Shown: piece by piece, positions 29,601 to 39,700 of the stretch
Layout: each line of letters begins with the position of its first letter
How positions within the stretch are numbered: position 1 is the first letter of the stretch
Assembly (NCBI GenBank): GCA_963805625.1
Contig: CAWDVE010000010.1
Coordinates: 2,048,001 to 2,112,000 of the forward strand
Source: an uncultured Candidatus Rokubacteria bacterium
Lineage (GTDB): Bacteria; Methylomirabilota; Methylomirabilia; Rokubacteriales; DASRDR01
Direction of reading: 5' to 3'
Length of the DNA: 64,000 bases
Notes under the pieces: model-generated
Database searches by the model: none
What the model saw: only the letters and a program-made list of their open reading frames with translations
Told to the model about the DNA's origin: nothing
Made by a program: the position numbers and the translations under genes

Positions 29601-30048
29601 CATGGTCCTCGTGGGCCAGGGGGGCGCCGAAGAGCGCCATGATCCCGTCGCCCATGACCTGATTGACTGTGCCCTCGTAGCGGTGGACGGCCTCCATCAT
29701 GCGCTCGAGCACGGGATCGAGGAGCTTCCGAGCCTCCTCGGGATCCCGGTCGGCCATGAGCTCCATGGAGCCCTTGAGGTCGGCGAAGAGGACGGTGATC
29801 TGCTTGCGCTCGCCCTCAAGGGCGGTCTTTGAGGTCAGAATCTTCTCGGCGAGGTGTTTGGGGGTGTAGGTAGCTGGAGAGATGAACGGAGTTTCGGCTG
29901 CGAGCGGCTGGCCACACTGAAAACAAAAGCGAACGCCGCCGGGCAGCTCTGCACCACACCGCACGCAGGCCTGGGCGAGCTGCGCGCCGCACCCGAGGCA
30001 AAACTTCGCCTGGGGCGGATTGTCCGTCTGGCACTGCGTACACCGCAT
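26683..30048 (-). CDS. Double zinc ribbon - class III nucleotide cyclase - AAA/STAND-like NTPase - TPR protein
   Basis: Four CxxC; 'VLFADLKGS', 'MGDGIMALFG', 'HLAARME'; Walker A 'GEPGVGKS', Walker B 'VVVEDLQW'; 'GNPFFLEE'; TPR tail. Confidence 0.95.
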   Translation of the reverse strand: MRCTQCQTDNPPQAKFCLGCGAQLAQACVRCGAELPGGVRFCFQCGQPLAAETPFISPATYTPKHLAEKILTSKTALEGERKQITVLFADLKGSMELMADRDPEEARKLLDPVLERMMEAVHRYEGTVNQVMGDGIMALFGAPLAHEDHAVRACYAALDMQAAIRRYAEEVRHTHRLEGLAIRVGLNSGEVVVGAIGSDLQMDYTAVGQTTHLAARMEQLAEPGTTLLNVDTLRLAEGYIEVRPLGLRLVKGLEAPVEAYEMLGAGPLRSRLHAAAARGLTRFVGRDAEIEQLRQAISRAAAGRGQVVALVGEPGVGKSRLVWELTHSHRTHGWLVLEGHAVSYGTATLYLPLVDLLRRYFGIQERDDPQLAREKVTGRLLTPGSMLQPDLVAPLALLDLPVEDDAWHALAPTRRRERTREFITRLLLHESGVQPLLVVVEDLQWSDSETQVVLDALVEQLPTARLLLLVSYRPEYRHDWGGKTYYTQLRVDSLPPESASALLDALLGTHLTLDPLKALLIERTEGNPFFLEESIQTVVESGALVGQRGVYRLEQALDALSVPPTVRAVLAARIDRLVPEDKSLLQAAAVVGKDVPLTLLRAIAEVSDERLRSGLRHLRAAELLYERHTAPEVGYTFKHALTHDVTYQGLLHERRRALHARVVEAIERLHADRLSGEFERLAHHSLAAEMWEKAVRYARQAAAKVYARSAAAAEAAVLYERALLALGHLPETRARLEEAADLRLAVRTPLAQLLEHERVIEHLREAERLATALADRRRLGRVYTFMTAVYYETAAYERARQYGARALELVTGEGDWEIEFVARFFLGQIALSSGDLPEALALYDQAAAVDAAHEGIPRSGVFVNRLPVVGAWAAVCLAEMGRFVEAVARGERALQLAKDEPFNCVVAHLGIGRVHLERGELATAVEALNQALHLCRRTDNLLYQVQVMGALGYARAAWGAPAEGLPLLETAVMQAQTRRQAVLAPTLVWQGDSLVRAGRPDEARSAAERALALARDRGERGHEARALHLLGKLALDRDPGDFDAAERHLRQGLALAETLGMRPLVAHSHLGLGRLYRRLGDHPMAEEHLTAAAMMYRGLDMPLGLAQAEADLRPSGSCSPG

Positions 30049-30145
30049 TCCGGGGCCTCCACGGAGCCAGTGAGCGCGGAGGAATGTGCGCCAAGCCTAG
30101 TCGCCGCATCGTGGCAGGTCAAGCGACTCTCGGAGGGCTGCGCCA

Positions 30146-30653
30146 TCAGAACATCGGAGTCGGGATGTCCCCCCAGCGCACGTGCGCGGGCGGGGTCTCG
30201 ACCGCCGTCACCGCGGGGCCCGAGATGTCGACGCGGGCGACCACGATCGGGTCTCGCCCATACGCGTTCAGGACGATCTCGCGGCCCGACGCGCGCGGGA
30301 CACGCGTGCGGGCCTGCGTGAGTAGCACTTTGTAGTAGCGCCGGTCGAACCCGGCGGGCTGCTGATGCCCTCTAAGCGGCGGATTGCGCTCGAGGGGAAG
30401 ATCCGGCAGCTGCCACTCGAGCGGAACCACGTAGACGATGAGCGTGCCCGGCGCGGCGCGGCGAAGGGCCGTCTTTCTTGGCCAGTTGCATGAGGGGAGC
30501 CGCGTCCCGTTCAGCGGTGAGCGTGGTGCCAAAGACGTCGACGCTGGCGAGATGACCCTGCTGCTAGCTCCACGGTCGTACGACTCCCGGAAGATAGGGA
30601 CCACCGATTGCGATGAGCAAGAAGCCGGCGATGACGATCATCACGAGGGTCAT
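30146..30653 (-). pseudogene. Probable disrupted membrane/exported hypothetical gene
   Basis: Hydrophobic start 'MTLVMIVIAGFLLIAIGG' in one frame with an internal stop; coding-like tail '...HVRWGDIPTPMF' in another. Confidence 0.35.
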
Positions 30654-30884
30654 TAGACAGGCCTCGGAAACTGGCCCATGGGTTGCTTGCATTTCGAGCT
30701 GGGGCCTCTGCAAACCAAGGACGCGAGCTTCTGCAGGCCGCGAGCAGGCACGCGATCCAGCGATCTCCTGGGCGGGTTGAGGAGGCTCTTATTGAGCCTT
30801 GCGCAAGTAATGGAAAGAGCGGACTTGCCCCGGCGCTCGGTGATCTGGTCGAGGGCAACAGGCGATGACGGCTCGAGTGGGTCG

Positions 30885-31601
30885 CTATGCTGGGCGGGCG
30901 GCGACCGCGCCCCCGACGCGCTCGACGCCGGCGAATGCGCTCAGCGTGAGCCAGGTCGGGAAGGCGCGGACGAGCGACGGCGGCCCATCGAGCCGGATCA
31001 GGCCAGCACGGACGGTCTCGGCCAGCCGCACGTCACCCATCCAGACCCGTGTCAGAGTCCGGAGGTCGGCGCTGACCACGATGTCGACCGGAAAACCGGG
31101 GTCCTTGAGGCAGAGGTCGACCTCCCGCCGCTCGAGCACGAGCCACCACGTTCTCGGGCAACGCATGGTCGCCGGCACCCCGCGGAAGTCGAAGCGCACG
31201 ACGACCCGCTCCGAGGGCAGCGCTTCCAGGTTCACACGCCGGTGGATGTCCCACATGAGCAGGCCCGGGTCCAGGTCACCCCGGTCGACCTGTGCGCGGG
31301 CCCACCGCTGGCCCCACTCGCCGAGGCACTCGATAAGCGGCCGCAACTCCTCACCCGCCGCGGTGAGGTGGTATTCGCGCCCGCGGCCATGCGGCCTGGC
31401 CACGCTCCGCACGATGCCGGCGTCCTCGAGCTGTTCGAGACGTCCGGCGAGGAGCGTGCGCGACATCAGGGGCACACCCCGGTGGAGGTGGCTGAAGCGA
31501 CGGCTCCCGCAGAGCAGCTCGCGCAGGACGAGCGGGGTCCATCGCTCGGCGACGATCTCGGCCGCCTTGGCGACCGGGCAGAACTGGCCGTACCCCTTCA
31601 T
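30885..31601 (-). CDS. HxlR-family winged-helix regulator with SCP2-like C-terminal domain
   Basis: 'YGQFCPVAKAAEIVAERWTPLVLRELL', 'YHLTAAGEEL'. Confidence 0.92.
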   Translation of the reverse strand: MKGYGQFCPVAKAAEIVAERWTPLVLRELLCGSRRFSHLHRGVPLMSRTLLAGRLEQLEDAGIVRSVARPHGRGREYHLTAAGEELRPLIECLGEWGQRWARAQVDRGDLDPGLLMWDIHRRVNLEALPSERVVVRFDFRGVPATMRCPRTWWLVLERREVDLCLKDPGFPVDIVVSADLRTLTRVWMGDVRLAETVRAGLIRLDGPPSLVRAFPTWLTLSAFAGVERVGGAVAARPA

Positions 31602-31705
31602 CCTGTCTCGAGGGTAGTGAACGGCGGAGGGCGTCGCAAGTCCATTTTTTGTGCTTTACCGCCCGGCCGGCCGGAGCCATCCTGCCGGTCACCAGGAGGT
31701 GCCCT

Positions 31706-33130
31706 ATGGTTGCTCGATCAGCTCTCGAGACTGAGCGTCGCGACGGCACCGCTCTCGACGATGCGGCCCTCGCCGACCTGGCGCCACACTTCCGTGGAGA
31801 GCTCATCCGTCCCGGCGACCCGCCGTACGACGCCGCCCGCGCCATCTGGAACGGTGCGATCGATCGTCATCCCGGGCTCGTCGCGCGCTGCACCGGCGCC
31901 GCCGACGTCCGTGCCGCCGTCCGTTTCGCGCGCGAGCACGATCTTCTCGTCGCCGTGCGAGGCGGCGGCCACAACGTCGCCGGCACCGCGGTGTGTGACG
32001 GCGGGCTCGTGATCGATCTCTCACCGATGAAGGGCCTGTGGGTCGATCCGGCGGGGCGAACTGCGCGAGCGCAGCCGGGACTCCTCTGGGGCGAGTTCGA
32101 CCGCGAGACCCAGGCCTTCGGGCTCGCCGCGCCCGGCGGGATCATCACCCACACCGGCATCGCGGGTCTCACGCTCGGCGGGGGGCTCGGCTGGCTGATG
32201 CGCCGACACGGACTGGCCGCCGACAACGTCCTGTCGGCCGATGTGGTCACCGCCGACGGTGACTTCCTTCGCGCCAGCGCTGAGGAGCACGCCGACCTCT
32301 TCTGGGGGCTCCGCGGGGGCGGCGGCAACTTCGGGGTGGTCACGTCCTTCGAGTATCGTCTGCACCCCGTCGGACCGATCGTCCTGGCCGGCGTGATGCT
32401 CCACCCTGCCGCGAAGGCCCGCCAGGTCCTGGGCTTCTACCGCGACTTCATCGGGAGCGCGCCCGACGAGCTGACGACCATCGTGGTCCTCCGGATGGCG
32501 CCGCCCGCGCCCTTCCTTCCTCCGTGGGTGCACGGACAACCGGTCGTGGTCATCGGCGCGTGCTACGCGGGCTCGGTGGAGGAGGGCGAGCGAGCGGTTG
32601 CCCCGCTGCGGCGGTTCGGCGAGCCACTGGTGGACCTGATCCGGCCGACGCCGTACGTCTCACATCAGGCGCTCTTCGACCCCACCGCGCCCCACGGGCT
32701 CGGCTACTACTGGAAATCGGAGTACGTGCCATCGCTCAGCGATGCCCTCATCGACACGCTCGCCGAGCGGGCCTGGGGGGTCGCGACGCCGGAGTCCTAC
32801 ACGATCATCTTCCACCTGGGCGGTGCCGTCGGTCGACAGGATCCGGAGGGATCGGCCTTCGAGGACCGGCGGGCGGCCCATGCGGTGAACATCGACGCCG
32901 TCTGGTCCGAGCCCGCCCGCGCGTCCGCGTGCATCGCGTGGAGCCGGGAGCTGTGGGAGGCGGTGCGTCCGTATTCCACGGGCCGTGTCTACGTGAACTT
33001 TCTCGGGGAGGAGGGGCAGGACCGAGTGCGGGCGGCCTACGGCGAGGCCAAGTACGAGCGGCTCCGGGCGCTCAAGCGCAAGCACGACCCGACGAACTTC
33101 TTCCGGCTGAACCAGAACATCCGACCGTAG
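31706..33130 (+). CDS. FAD-linked oxidase (berberine-bridge/6-hydroxy-D-nicotine oxidase family)
   Basis: 'VRGGGHN' covalent-FAD His, 'LFWGLRGGGGNFGVVT', 'YVNF', 'DPTNFFRLNQNI'; divergent from HxlR. Confidence 0.95.
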   Translation: MVARSALETERRDGTALDDAALADLAPHFRGELIRPGDPPYDAARAIWNGAIDRHPGLVARCTGAADVRAAVRFAREHDLLVAVRGGGHNVAGTAVCDGGLVIDLSPMKGLWVDPAGRTARAQPGLLWGEFDRETQAFGLAAPGGIITHTGIAGLTLGGGLGWLMRRHGLAADNVLSADVVTADGDFLRASAEEHADLFWGLRGGGGNFGVVTSFEYRLHPVGPIVLAGVMLHPAAKARQVLGFYRDFIGSAPDELTTIVVLRMAPPAPFLPPWVHGQPVVVIGACYAGSVEEGERAVAPLRRFGEPLVDLIRPTPYVSHQALFDPTAPHGLGYYWKSEYVPSLSDALIDTLAERAWGVATPESYTIIFHLGGAVGRQDPEGSAFEDRRAAHAVNIDAVWSEPARASACIAWSRELWEAVRPYSTGRVYVNFLGEEGQDRVRAAYGEAKYERLRALKRKHDPTNFFRLNQNIRP

Positions 33131-33449
33131 ATCGGGCTGCACACCGGGGACACTTCATGCCGGGGCCTCCCCTGGGCGACGTGAGAACCGAACGGCCGGC
33201 TCCACAACCTGGCTGAGCGGTGGCCAGACTCTCGAACGAGCGGTTCGGGAAGGCGCATCACTTTCTCTTCTGTGGCGAGGGCAGGTACGAAGGCTGGACG
33301 CAGCGCCTGCTGACGGAGATCCCCACGGCCGCCCTGCCGCCCGACCTCCCGGGCCGCCGCGGGGAGCTCCGCGACGCTACGCCTATTTCTGTGCTTCGGG
33401 GAACTCGAAAACCGTGTGGATCGACGCGGAGCCGACCTGACATGCCACG

Positions 33450-33476
33450 GCCCCGGAACCCGAAGGGTCCCGGGGC
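33450..33476. terminator. Hairpin between convergent genes
   Basis: gccccggaaccc-gaa-gggtcccggggc (one mismatch); no clear U-tract. Confidence 0.4.
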
Positions 33477-33526
33477 CCGGCCCGCGTCATGCTGGCGGAT
33501 TACTGCGTCGGGTCACTCCGCACGAG

Positions 33527-35077
33527 TCAATTGCGGCCTCTCAGGACTAACTTGGCCGCCGCGCTACTCTGCGCAAACTCGCCGGTCTCGAAGTCGAAGG
33601 CAAACGCCGACACCGAGACGTTCACGGGGCCGCCGACGAAGAGAGCGACTGCCCGTCCGTGGAAGAGAGCTGGCGACGACTGGGTGGTCGCCGTCCACGA
33701 CGCCGTACCGGTGCTGTCGCAGAACACCGATGCATAGAAGAATCCGGTCAGGACCGCCTTACCGTGAGTCTCAGTAAGCTGACCCATAATGGATGCGAAT
33801 ACGGGGCGGTTACAGATCAGCGTGCCACTGACCGTGGCCGCGCCCGTCGTCAGACCGACCGAGCCGAACTCAGACACGGTCAGGAAGACCGCGAGAGGGG
33901 GCGGACCGAGGATGAGGTTGAGTACCAGGTTGCCCGCCGGAGACCCGTAGGGTGACGAGACCATCAGGTAGTAGGTAACCCCGGCGCCCGCGTTGAAACG
34001 AACCCGGGACTGCAAGCCCTGGCTGTTGTCGTTGCATGCAGCTTGGCTGAGCGCGCCCCGGAGACCTGTGTAGACCGACAGGGTGGTGTCGTATTCGCTC
34101 CCAAACGTATTGACCTCCACCCACATATCACTGGCGGGCGTGAAGGTGAACCAGACTGTCCCGGTCTGTCCGAAGCAAGACGGATCGTCGAGCGCCGCGG
34201 TAGCGCCACTGGTGTTCTGGGCGTACGTGAAGGGGATGCCGGACACGACGATCGCGCGGTCGATCTCGTCGTTTGGCGGTGGCGGCAAAGCGACCGTGAT
34301 TCGGGTGAAACGCGTCTCGACCGTACCCTGTCCGTTGTCTCCCGTGAAAGCCACGGCGTAGGCGCCGGCCTGTCCCGGGGATGGCGTCCAGCTGAACGTC
34401 CCAGTGTTGTCTTCATGATCGATGAAGCCGGCGCTGTCGGGTAGCCCGGCCGCGGCGAGCGTCACGTGGCGTCCGTCGATCTCGGTCGCGGTGACGTCAA
34501 AGCTCAGGAGCTGACCCTCGAATGTGGTCGCCGTGGCCGGCGCCACCAGTTCGATGGCAACCGTCGCATTGAACCGAATCTCCCCGCGCAAAGCTACCGC
34601 TGCGCCCTCGCAGTGCTGTTCGAACGTGGCGCGGAAGGCGACGATTTCGTCTCCTGAGCCGTAGGTGACCTCTTTGACCTCAAAGCCCCCCGTCAGTGTG
34701 TTGCAGCCGCGCCCGTCGCCATAGATGTCCAGACCGGGTTGGCCCGGCTCGCGGAACGCAAAGCGCGCTGCGCCGGAGTAGAGGCCCGTGGCGAGGAACT
34801 GGCCGTCGGGTGCGCCGAAGTCCAGATACCACCAATGGCTGTAGTTCGGCGTGTTGAACGCGATCGACACCCCATTGGCGTAGTTTCGCCGTGCAGTGAA
34901 TGAGCCATCTTCCTGGGCGAAGAATGTTGACTGCCCCCCGCCGATGTAATCGCCCGGATCGCTGTCGAGCCAGAGCGACGTCACGGCGGCCGCGGCGTCG
35001 GGAACTTCGAAGCCTCCGAGGAGCACAGCGACCACGATGAGCGTGAAACCGAGCAGGGTTCCCCTTCTCGCCATCAT
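33527..35077 (-). CDS. Secreted multi-domain beta-rich protein (uncharacterised N-domain, Ig-like, PPC-like)
   Basis: Signal peptide; 'SDPGDYIGGG', 'GRGCN...FEQHCEG'; 'GTFSWTP'; 'PPNDE...VWFTFTP...YDTTLSVYTG...CNDN'. Confidence 0.85.
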   Translation of the reverse strand: MMARRGTLLGFTLIVVAVLLGGFEVPDAAAAVTSLWLDSDPGDYIGGGQSTFFAQEDGSFTARRNYANGVSIAFNTPNYSHWWYLDFGAPDGQFLATGLYSGAARFAFREPGQPGLDIYGDGRGCNTLTGGFEVKEVTYGSGDEIVAFRATFEQHCEGAAVALRGEIRFNATVAIELVAPATATTFEGQLLSFDVTATEIDGRHVTLAAAGLPDSAGFIDHEDNTGTFSWTPSPGQAGAYAVAFTGDNGQGTVETRFTRITVALPPPPNDEIDRAIVVSGIPFTYAQNTSGATAALDDPSCFGQTGTVWFTFTPASDMWVEVNTFGSEYDTTLSVYTGLRGALSQAACNDNSQGLQSRVRFNAGAGVTYYLMVSSPYGSPAGNLVLNLILGPPPLAVFLTVSEFGSVGLTTGAATVSGTLICNRPVFASIMGQLTETHGKAVLTGFFYASVFCDSTGTASWTATTQSSPALFHGRAVALFVGGPVNVSVSAFAFDFETGEFAQSSAAAKLVLRGRN

Positions 35078-35381
35078 CCTCTCTCCTCATCAATGACGGT
35101 CAAGTTTCGCCTAGTCCCGGCACAGCAACCTGTCGTGCAAGCGTCGTCGCAACGGACTCGGTGAGGGCGGCACCCAGAGCCGGCCTTGGCTGGGCCCCCA
35201 TGGAGCCCGGCCGTTCCCTGTGGATCTCCGCTCGTTCCTCCTTTCTCGCCCCTAGTTCAGAGATCGCAACTGAGCCAACGAGCCGAACCCTTCCAAATGC
35301 GTGCCGCATCGTGGCCGTTCGCCGTTTGACAAGGGCGACCCCTCAGCGGGGCGCAGCAGCCGATCGGCTCGCGCTTTCGTG

Positions 35382-35756
35382 TCACGGCGGCCGTGGGGGC
35401 CCGGGCCGGGCGGTGACTCTGGCCATCGATCGAGGCGTCACGGACTCGCGCGCCGCCGCCGAGGGGCCACTCTCCTTGCGGACCATCAAAGTGGCCATGC
35501 AGACCGGGGCGGCCATCAGCGTTTCCACGATGGCGTTCGGCTCGATCGGCCCCGCGACGAGCCACGAGGCCTGACAGTGGACCCGCTCTGCCGACACGCG
35601 GGACGGCCGGGGTGCGGCAGCGCTCGCCGCCGCGCCGGCCCCGTCTTCCCGGAGCCGTTCCCCGGCCCCGCCGACGACCGCGAGGAGGAGCGTCATCGCC
35701 AGCACGTGGCGCCACGCTGTCTTCCTACGGAGTTGCCGACGGCTCCCGACGTCCAT
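35382..35756 (-). CDS. Small hypothetical, possibly exported protein
   Basis: Starts 3 nt after the lipoprotein stop; hydrophobic N-terminal segment. Confidence 0.45.
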   Translation of the reverse strand: MDVGSRRQLRRKTAWRHVLAMTLLLAVVGGAGERLREDGAGAAASAAAPRPSRVSAERVHCQASWLVAGPIEPNAIVETLMAAPVCMATLMVRKESGPSAAARESVTPRSMARVTARPGPPRPP

Positions 35757-35759
35757 GTC

Positions 35760-36245
35760 CTATCGGCCTAGCTGGCTATCGGTGGGGCCAAGGGCCGGTC
35801 CACGGGCTGCAGTCCGCTCGCCGTGACGCGATTCCGTCACGAAGGTCACGGCGAGGCCGTTGGATTCGTGGCGGGCCCGGTCCGCGACGAAGAGTGTCGC
35901 GTTGATCGGAACACCCGACCGAAGCACCTGGACGTTGCAGGTCACGACGCCGGTCGTGATGTTCGGGTTGGTGCCGGGCGCCAGGGTATTGATCGGCCCC
36001 GTGATTTGCTCGCCGGACTGGTCTCGCAGTCGACACTCGCCGCCGAAGACGTCGCCCTGGGCGTCGACGACGTCCACGATCAGGCTGACGACCTGGCTGG
36101 TGTGCTGGACGCGCAGGTTGCTAATCGTCGGCGCTTCGGAAGGCCCACTACTGCCGCTACTGCCGCCCCCGCAGCCCGTGAGAAGAAGGAGCAGGCCGCC
36201 GACGAGGCCGGCGGCCGGCCTGCGACTCCCCTGGCTGGCTAGCAT
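35760..36245 (-). CDS. Putative lipoprotein
   Basis: Lipobox 'LLLLLTG-C', Gly/Ser linker, beta-rich domain with two Cys. Confidence 0.75.
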   Translation of the reverse strand: MLASQGSRRPAAGLVGGLLLLLTGCGGGSSGSSGPSEAPTISNLRVQHTSQVVSLIVDVVDAQGDVFGGECRLRDQSGEQITGPINTLAPGTNPNITTGVVTCNVQVLRSGVPINATLFVADRARHESNGLAVTFVTESRHGERTAARGPALGPTDSQLGR

Positions 36246-36577
36246 CGCAAGCCTCCTGCGGACCAAGCGGTCCGTGGGGCCCGGGCGATCGCCAACGTCG
36301 GTGCCAGGGCCGCGGTCGCCGTGCCGGACGGTCGGTCTGGTTCGGGATCGCCCGAAGACGACTGGGTGGCCCCTGTGGGCTCTGGCTCTGAACGCGACAG
36401 CAGGCTCCCGTCCTCTCGGCGGTCCTCGATGACCTCCAAGCCGGGGAGACCCCGGAGCACGTGCTCGATGGCCGCTCGAAGGCCACCCTGGCCGCGAGCC
36501 ACGATGAACAGGAGCCTCGACTTCGTCGCGCCTGGCTCTTCCCCGCCGCTACCCCGCTCTGGCTCTCGCTCGCTCAT
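36239..36577 (-). CDS. Small hypothetical protein ('LFIVAR...EVIEDRR' type)
   Basis: SD GGAGAGGAG before ATG 36577; first gene after the sigma54 promoter. Confidence 0.6.
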   Translation of the reverse strand: MSEREPERGSGGEEPGATKSRLLFIVARGQGGLRAAIEHVLRGLPGLEVIEDRREDGSLLSRSEPEPTGATQSSSGDPEPDRPSGTATAALAPTLAIARAPRTAWSAGGLRC

Positions 36578-36630
36578 CGGCCTCTCCTCTCCCAGCGCCC
36601 AATTGATCGTCTGCGCACGCCTGACGAGAG

Positions 36631-36647
36631 AGCATCCGGGGTGCCAG
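36631..36647 (-). promoter_or_regulatory. Sigma54 (-24/-12) promoter
   Basis: CTGGCAC-CCCGG-ATGCT, GG-N10-GC spacing; faces away from the adjacent sigma54 activator. Confidence 0.75.
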
Positions 36648-36718
36648 CCGAGGACGGCAACCTTGACGCGCACTTACGAAGGCCCCCGATGGTGAATGGG
36701 TGGGGGACGCTGGTCGGG

Positions 36719-36737
36719 AACTGCGCAGTTTGCGCAA
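36719..36737. promoter_or_regulatory. Candidate enhancer (UAS) dyads
   Basis: AACTGCGCAGTT perfect palindrome overlapping a second TTGCGCAA dyad, about 75-90 bp upstream of the -24 element. Confidence 0.45.
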
Positions 36738-36769
36738 GACCGGCCCAGAGCGCAGTAGAATGCCGCGCA

Positions 36770-39700
36770 ATGGACGCGCTGACCGAGCTGGTCGGCGACA
36801 GCCCCGCTCTGGTGGGCGTCCGAACGCAGGTGACGCGGCTACTTCAGCGCCACCGAACGACGGCGCGGCTGCCCCCCATCCTGATCCAGGGGGAGACCGG
36901 GACCGGCAAGGGGCTCCTGGCGCGGCTCCTGCACCGGGAAAGTCCCCGTGGAAGCGCTCCCTTCGTCGACGTCAACTGCGCCGCCATCCCGGAGGCGCTC
37001 CTCGAAGCCGAGATGTTCGGCTACGAGCGCGGGGCGTTCACCGACGCGCGTCAGGCGAAGCCCGGGCTCTTCCGCGCCGCGCACGGCGGCACGATCTTCC
37101 TGGACGAGGTCGCCCTGCTTCCCCACGGGCTCCAGGCCAAGCTTCTCAAGGCGATCGAGGAGCAGGCGGTCCGACGGCTGGGCAGCACTCGGACCGAACC
37201 GGTCGACGCGTGGGTCTTGGCGGCCACCAACACGGATCTCGCGGCGGCGGTTCGCCAGGGAGGGTTCCGGGGCGACCTCTACCATCGGCTGGCCGTGGTG
37301 ACGTTTACGCTGCCGCCGCTCCGGGAACGGGCCGGGGACGTCCTGGTGCTGGCGGAGCAATTCCTCGCGCGGGCCTGCGCCGACTACCGACTGCCGCCGA
37401 AGACCCTGGCGGCCGACGCCCGCGCAGCGCTTCTCGCGTATCCCTGGCCCGGCAACGTCCGCGAGCTCGCCAATGTGCTCGAGCGCGTCGCGCTCCTGTC
37501 CGACACGACGACGATCACCGGGGACATGCTGGGGCTCAAGGCCGACTCGCCGACAGAAGGATCGGTCACAGGAGCGTCCCCAGGCGGGCACCGGACCCTC
37601 GACGCCATGGTCCGCGACCATCTCGAGCGAGTCCTCGAGGAACACGGCTGGAACATCTCCCGGGCGGCACTGGCGCTCGGCGTGGCGCGCAACACCCTCC
37701 GCGCTCGCATCGCGAAGCACGGGCTCGTGCTGTCATCGTCCCCGCGCCACGGGCCGACTCGCGCCCGAGGCACCGCCGCTCCCTCCGGCGGGCCGGCTGC
37801 CTCGGCGATGTCCGGGACGGCCGGGTCGGCCCCCACCGCGCCCGCGAACTGGGAGTCCCGCCGGCTCGCGTTCCTGCGAGCGGCCATGCCGATGGCCTCC
37901 GACGAAACCGGCGCGTCGCTGACGTACGGCGCCATCGACGCGGTCGCCGGGAAAGTCGGGGCCTTCGCGGGCCAGGTCATCGAACGGAGCCCAGAGGGGC
38001 TCGTGGCGGTGTTCGGCCTCGACCTGATGGAGGACCCGGTCGGCCGGGCGGCATCCGCCGCGCTCGCGATCGGCCGGCTCGCCGAGCGGGCAGGCGCCGG
38101 CATCCGGCTCGGCCTCCACGTCGGGCGCTGCCTCGTGGCGGCGGTTCGAGGGCGCCATGAGATCGACCTCGACGGCAAGCAGAGCGCGTGGGCCAGCCTG
38201 GACGGGGTGCTCGCTGGCGTCGGCCCGGGAGAAGTCCGGGCCAGCGCCGACACGCTGCCGTTCCTCAGGGGCCGGTTCGATCTCGAGGCGGGCGGGACCG
38301 CCGACGCGGCCCCGGCGCCCGTGTGGGTGCGGGGCCGCGCCTCGCCGGACCTCCGGTCCCGGACGCCATTCGTCGGCCGGGAGGCGGAGCTGGCGTTCCT
38401 GAAGGACCGCCTCGCCGCCGCGCGGACCGGCCACGGTCAGATGGTGGGACTCGTCGGGGAGCCTGGCGCGGGGAAGTCACGCCTCGTCGCCGAGTTTCGG
38501 GCGGTCGTCCGGCGCGAGGGACTCGTCTACGTCGAGGGCGCGTGCGTGCCGCATGGCTCAGCGATCCCCTACCTGCCGATGATCGATCTTCTTCGCGGGG
38601 CCTGCGGGATCGGGGCCGGCGACGCGCCCGACGTGATGACGGAGAAGGTCCGCACCACGCTCCGGCTGCTCCGGCTGGACGCGGACGAGACCGCCGCGTA
38701 TCTGTTGCCGCTCCTCGGCCTGGGCGAGGACCCGGCGCCGGCGCTCGCGCCGGACACCGTGTCTCCGCAGGCGCGGCGGGGACGTACGATCGCGATCCTC
38801 CGAGAGATTGCCCTCGCCGCCAGCCGGCGGGGGTCAGTGGTGCTGGTGGTGGAAGATATCCAGTGGATCGATCAGACGTCGGAGGCGTGCCTGGCCGCCC
38901 TGACCGACAGCCTCGCGGGGGCCCCGATCCTGGCGCTCACCACGTACCGAGCCTCGTACCGGCCCACGTGGCTCGAGCGGTCCTACGCGACCCAGGTGGC
39001 GCTTTCCGCGCTCTCTACGGCCCAGAGCTCGGGCCTCGTGCGGAGCCTCCTGCCAGCCTCGGCCCCGGACGACGTCGTGCGCGCGCTCGTCGACCGCGGC
39101 GACGGAAATCCCTTCTTCCTCGAGGAACTCGCCCGGGCGCAGCGGGACGACCCATCCGGTCAGCCGACGTCCGTCCTCCCCGAGACGGTCCAGGAGGTGC
39201 TCCAACTCCGGATCGACCGGCTGCCCGCCGGGGCCCGGCGGGCGCTACTAGTCGCGGCCGTCATCGGTCGCCGGGTGCCGCGCTGGCTCCTCGAGGCGAT
39301 CTGGCCAGGTCCTGACAACCTCGACTCGAGCCTGCGCACCCTCGTCGCGCTCGAGTTCCTCTACGAGCGCGGTGGCGGTGAGCCGGCGTACGCGTTCCGG
39401 CACGCGCTCACCCACGAGGTCGCCTACGCCAATCCGTCCGCCAGCGAGCGTCAGGCCCTGCATGGAGTGGCCGCCGAGGCGCTCGAGGAACGGCATCGAG
39501 CTCGACTGGACCCCGTGCTCGAGCACCTGGCGCGCCACTACGCGCTCTCGCCGCGGCCAGACAAGGCGGTCCACTATCTCGCGCGGTTCGCCGAGAAGGC
39601 GGCGCGGACGCACGCGCATACCGAGGCGATCGGTGCCCTGGATCAGGCCCTCGCCCGCGTCGAGGAACTGCCGGAGCCGGAGCGGGCGCCGCGGCGCGCC

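Noticed and set aside
33140-33440. Coding-like fragment 'ERFGKAHHFLFCGEGRYEGW'
   Set aside because: Probably gene debris, but I cannot assign a family or a credible start
35124-35140. Possible sigma54 promoter TTGCACGACAGGTTGCT upstream of the secreted protein
   Set aside because: Lacks the -24 GG and spacing is off by one
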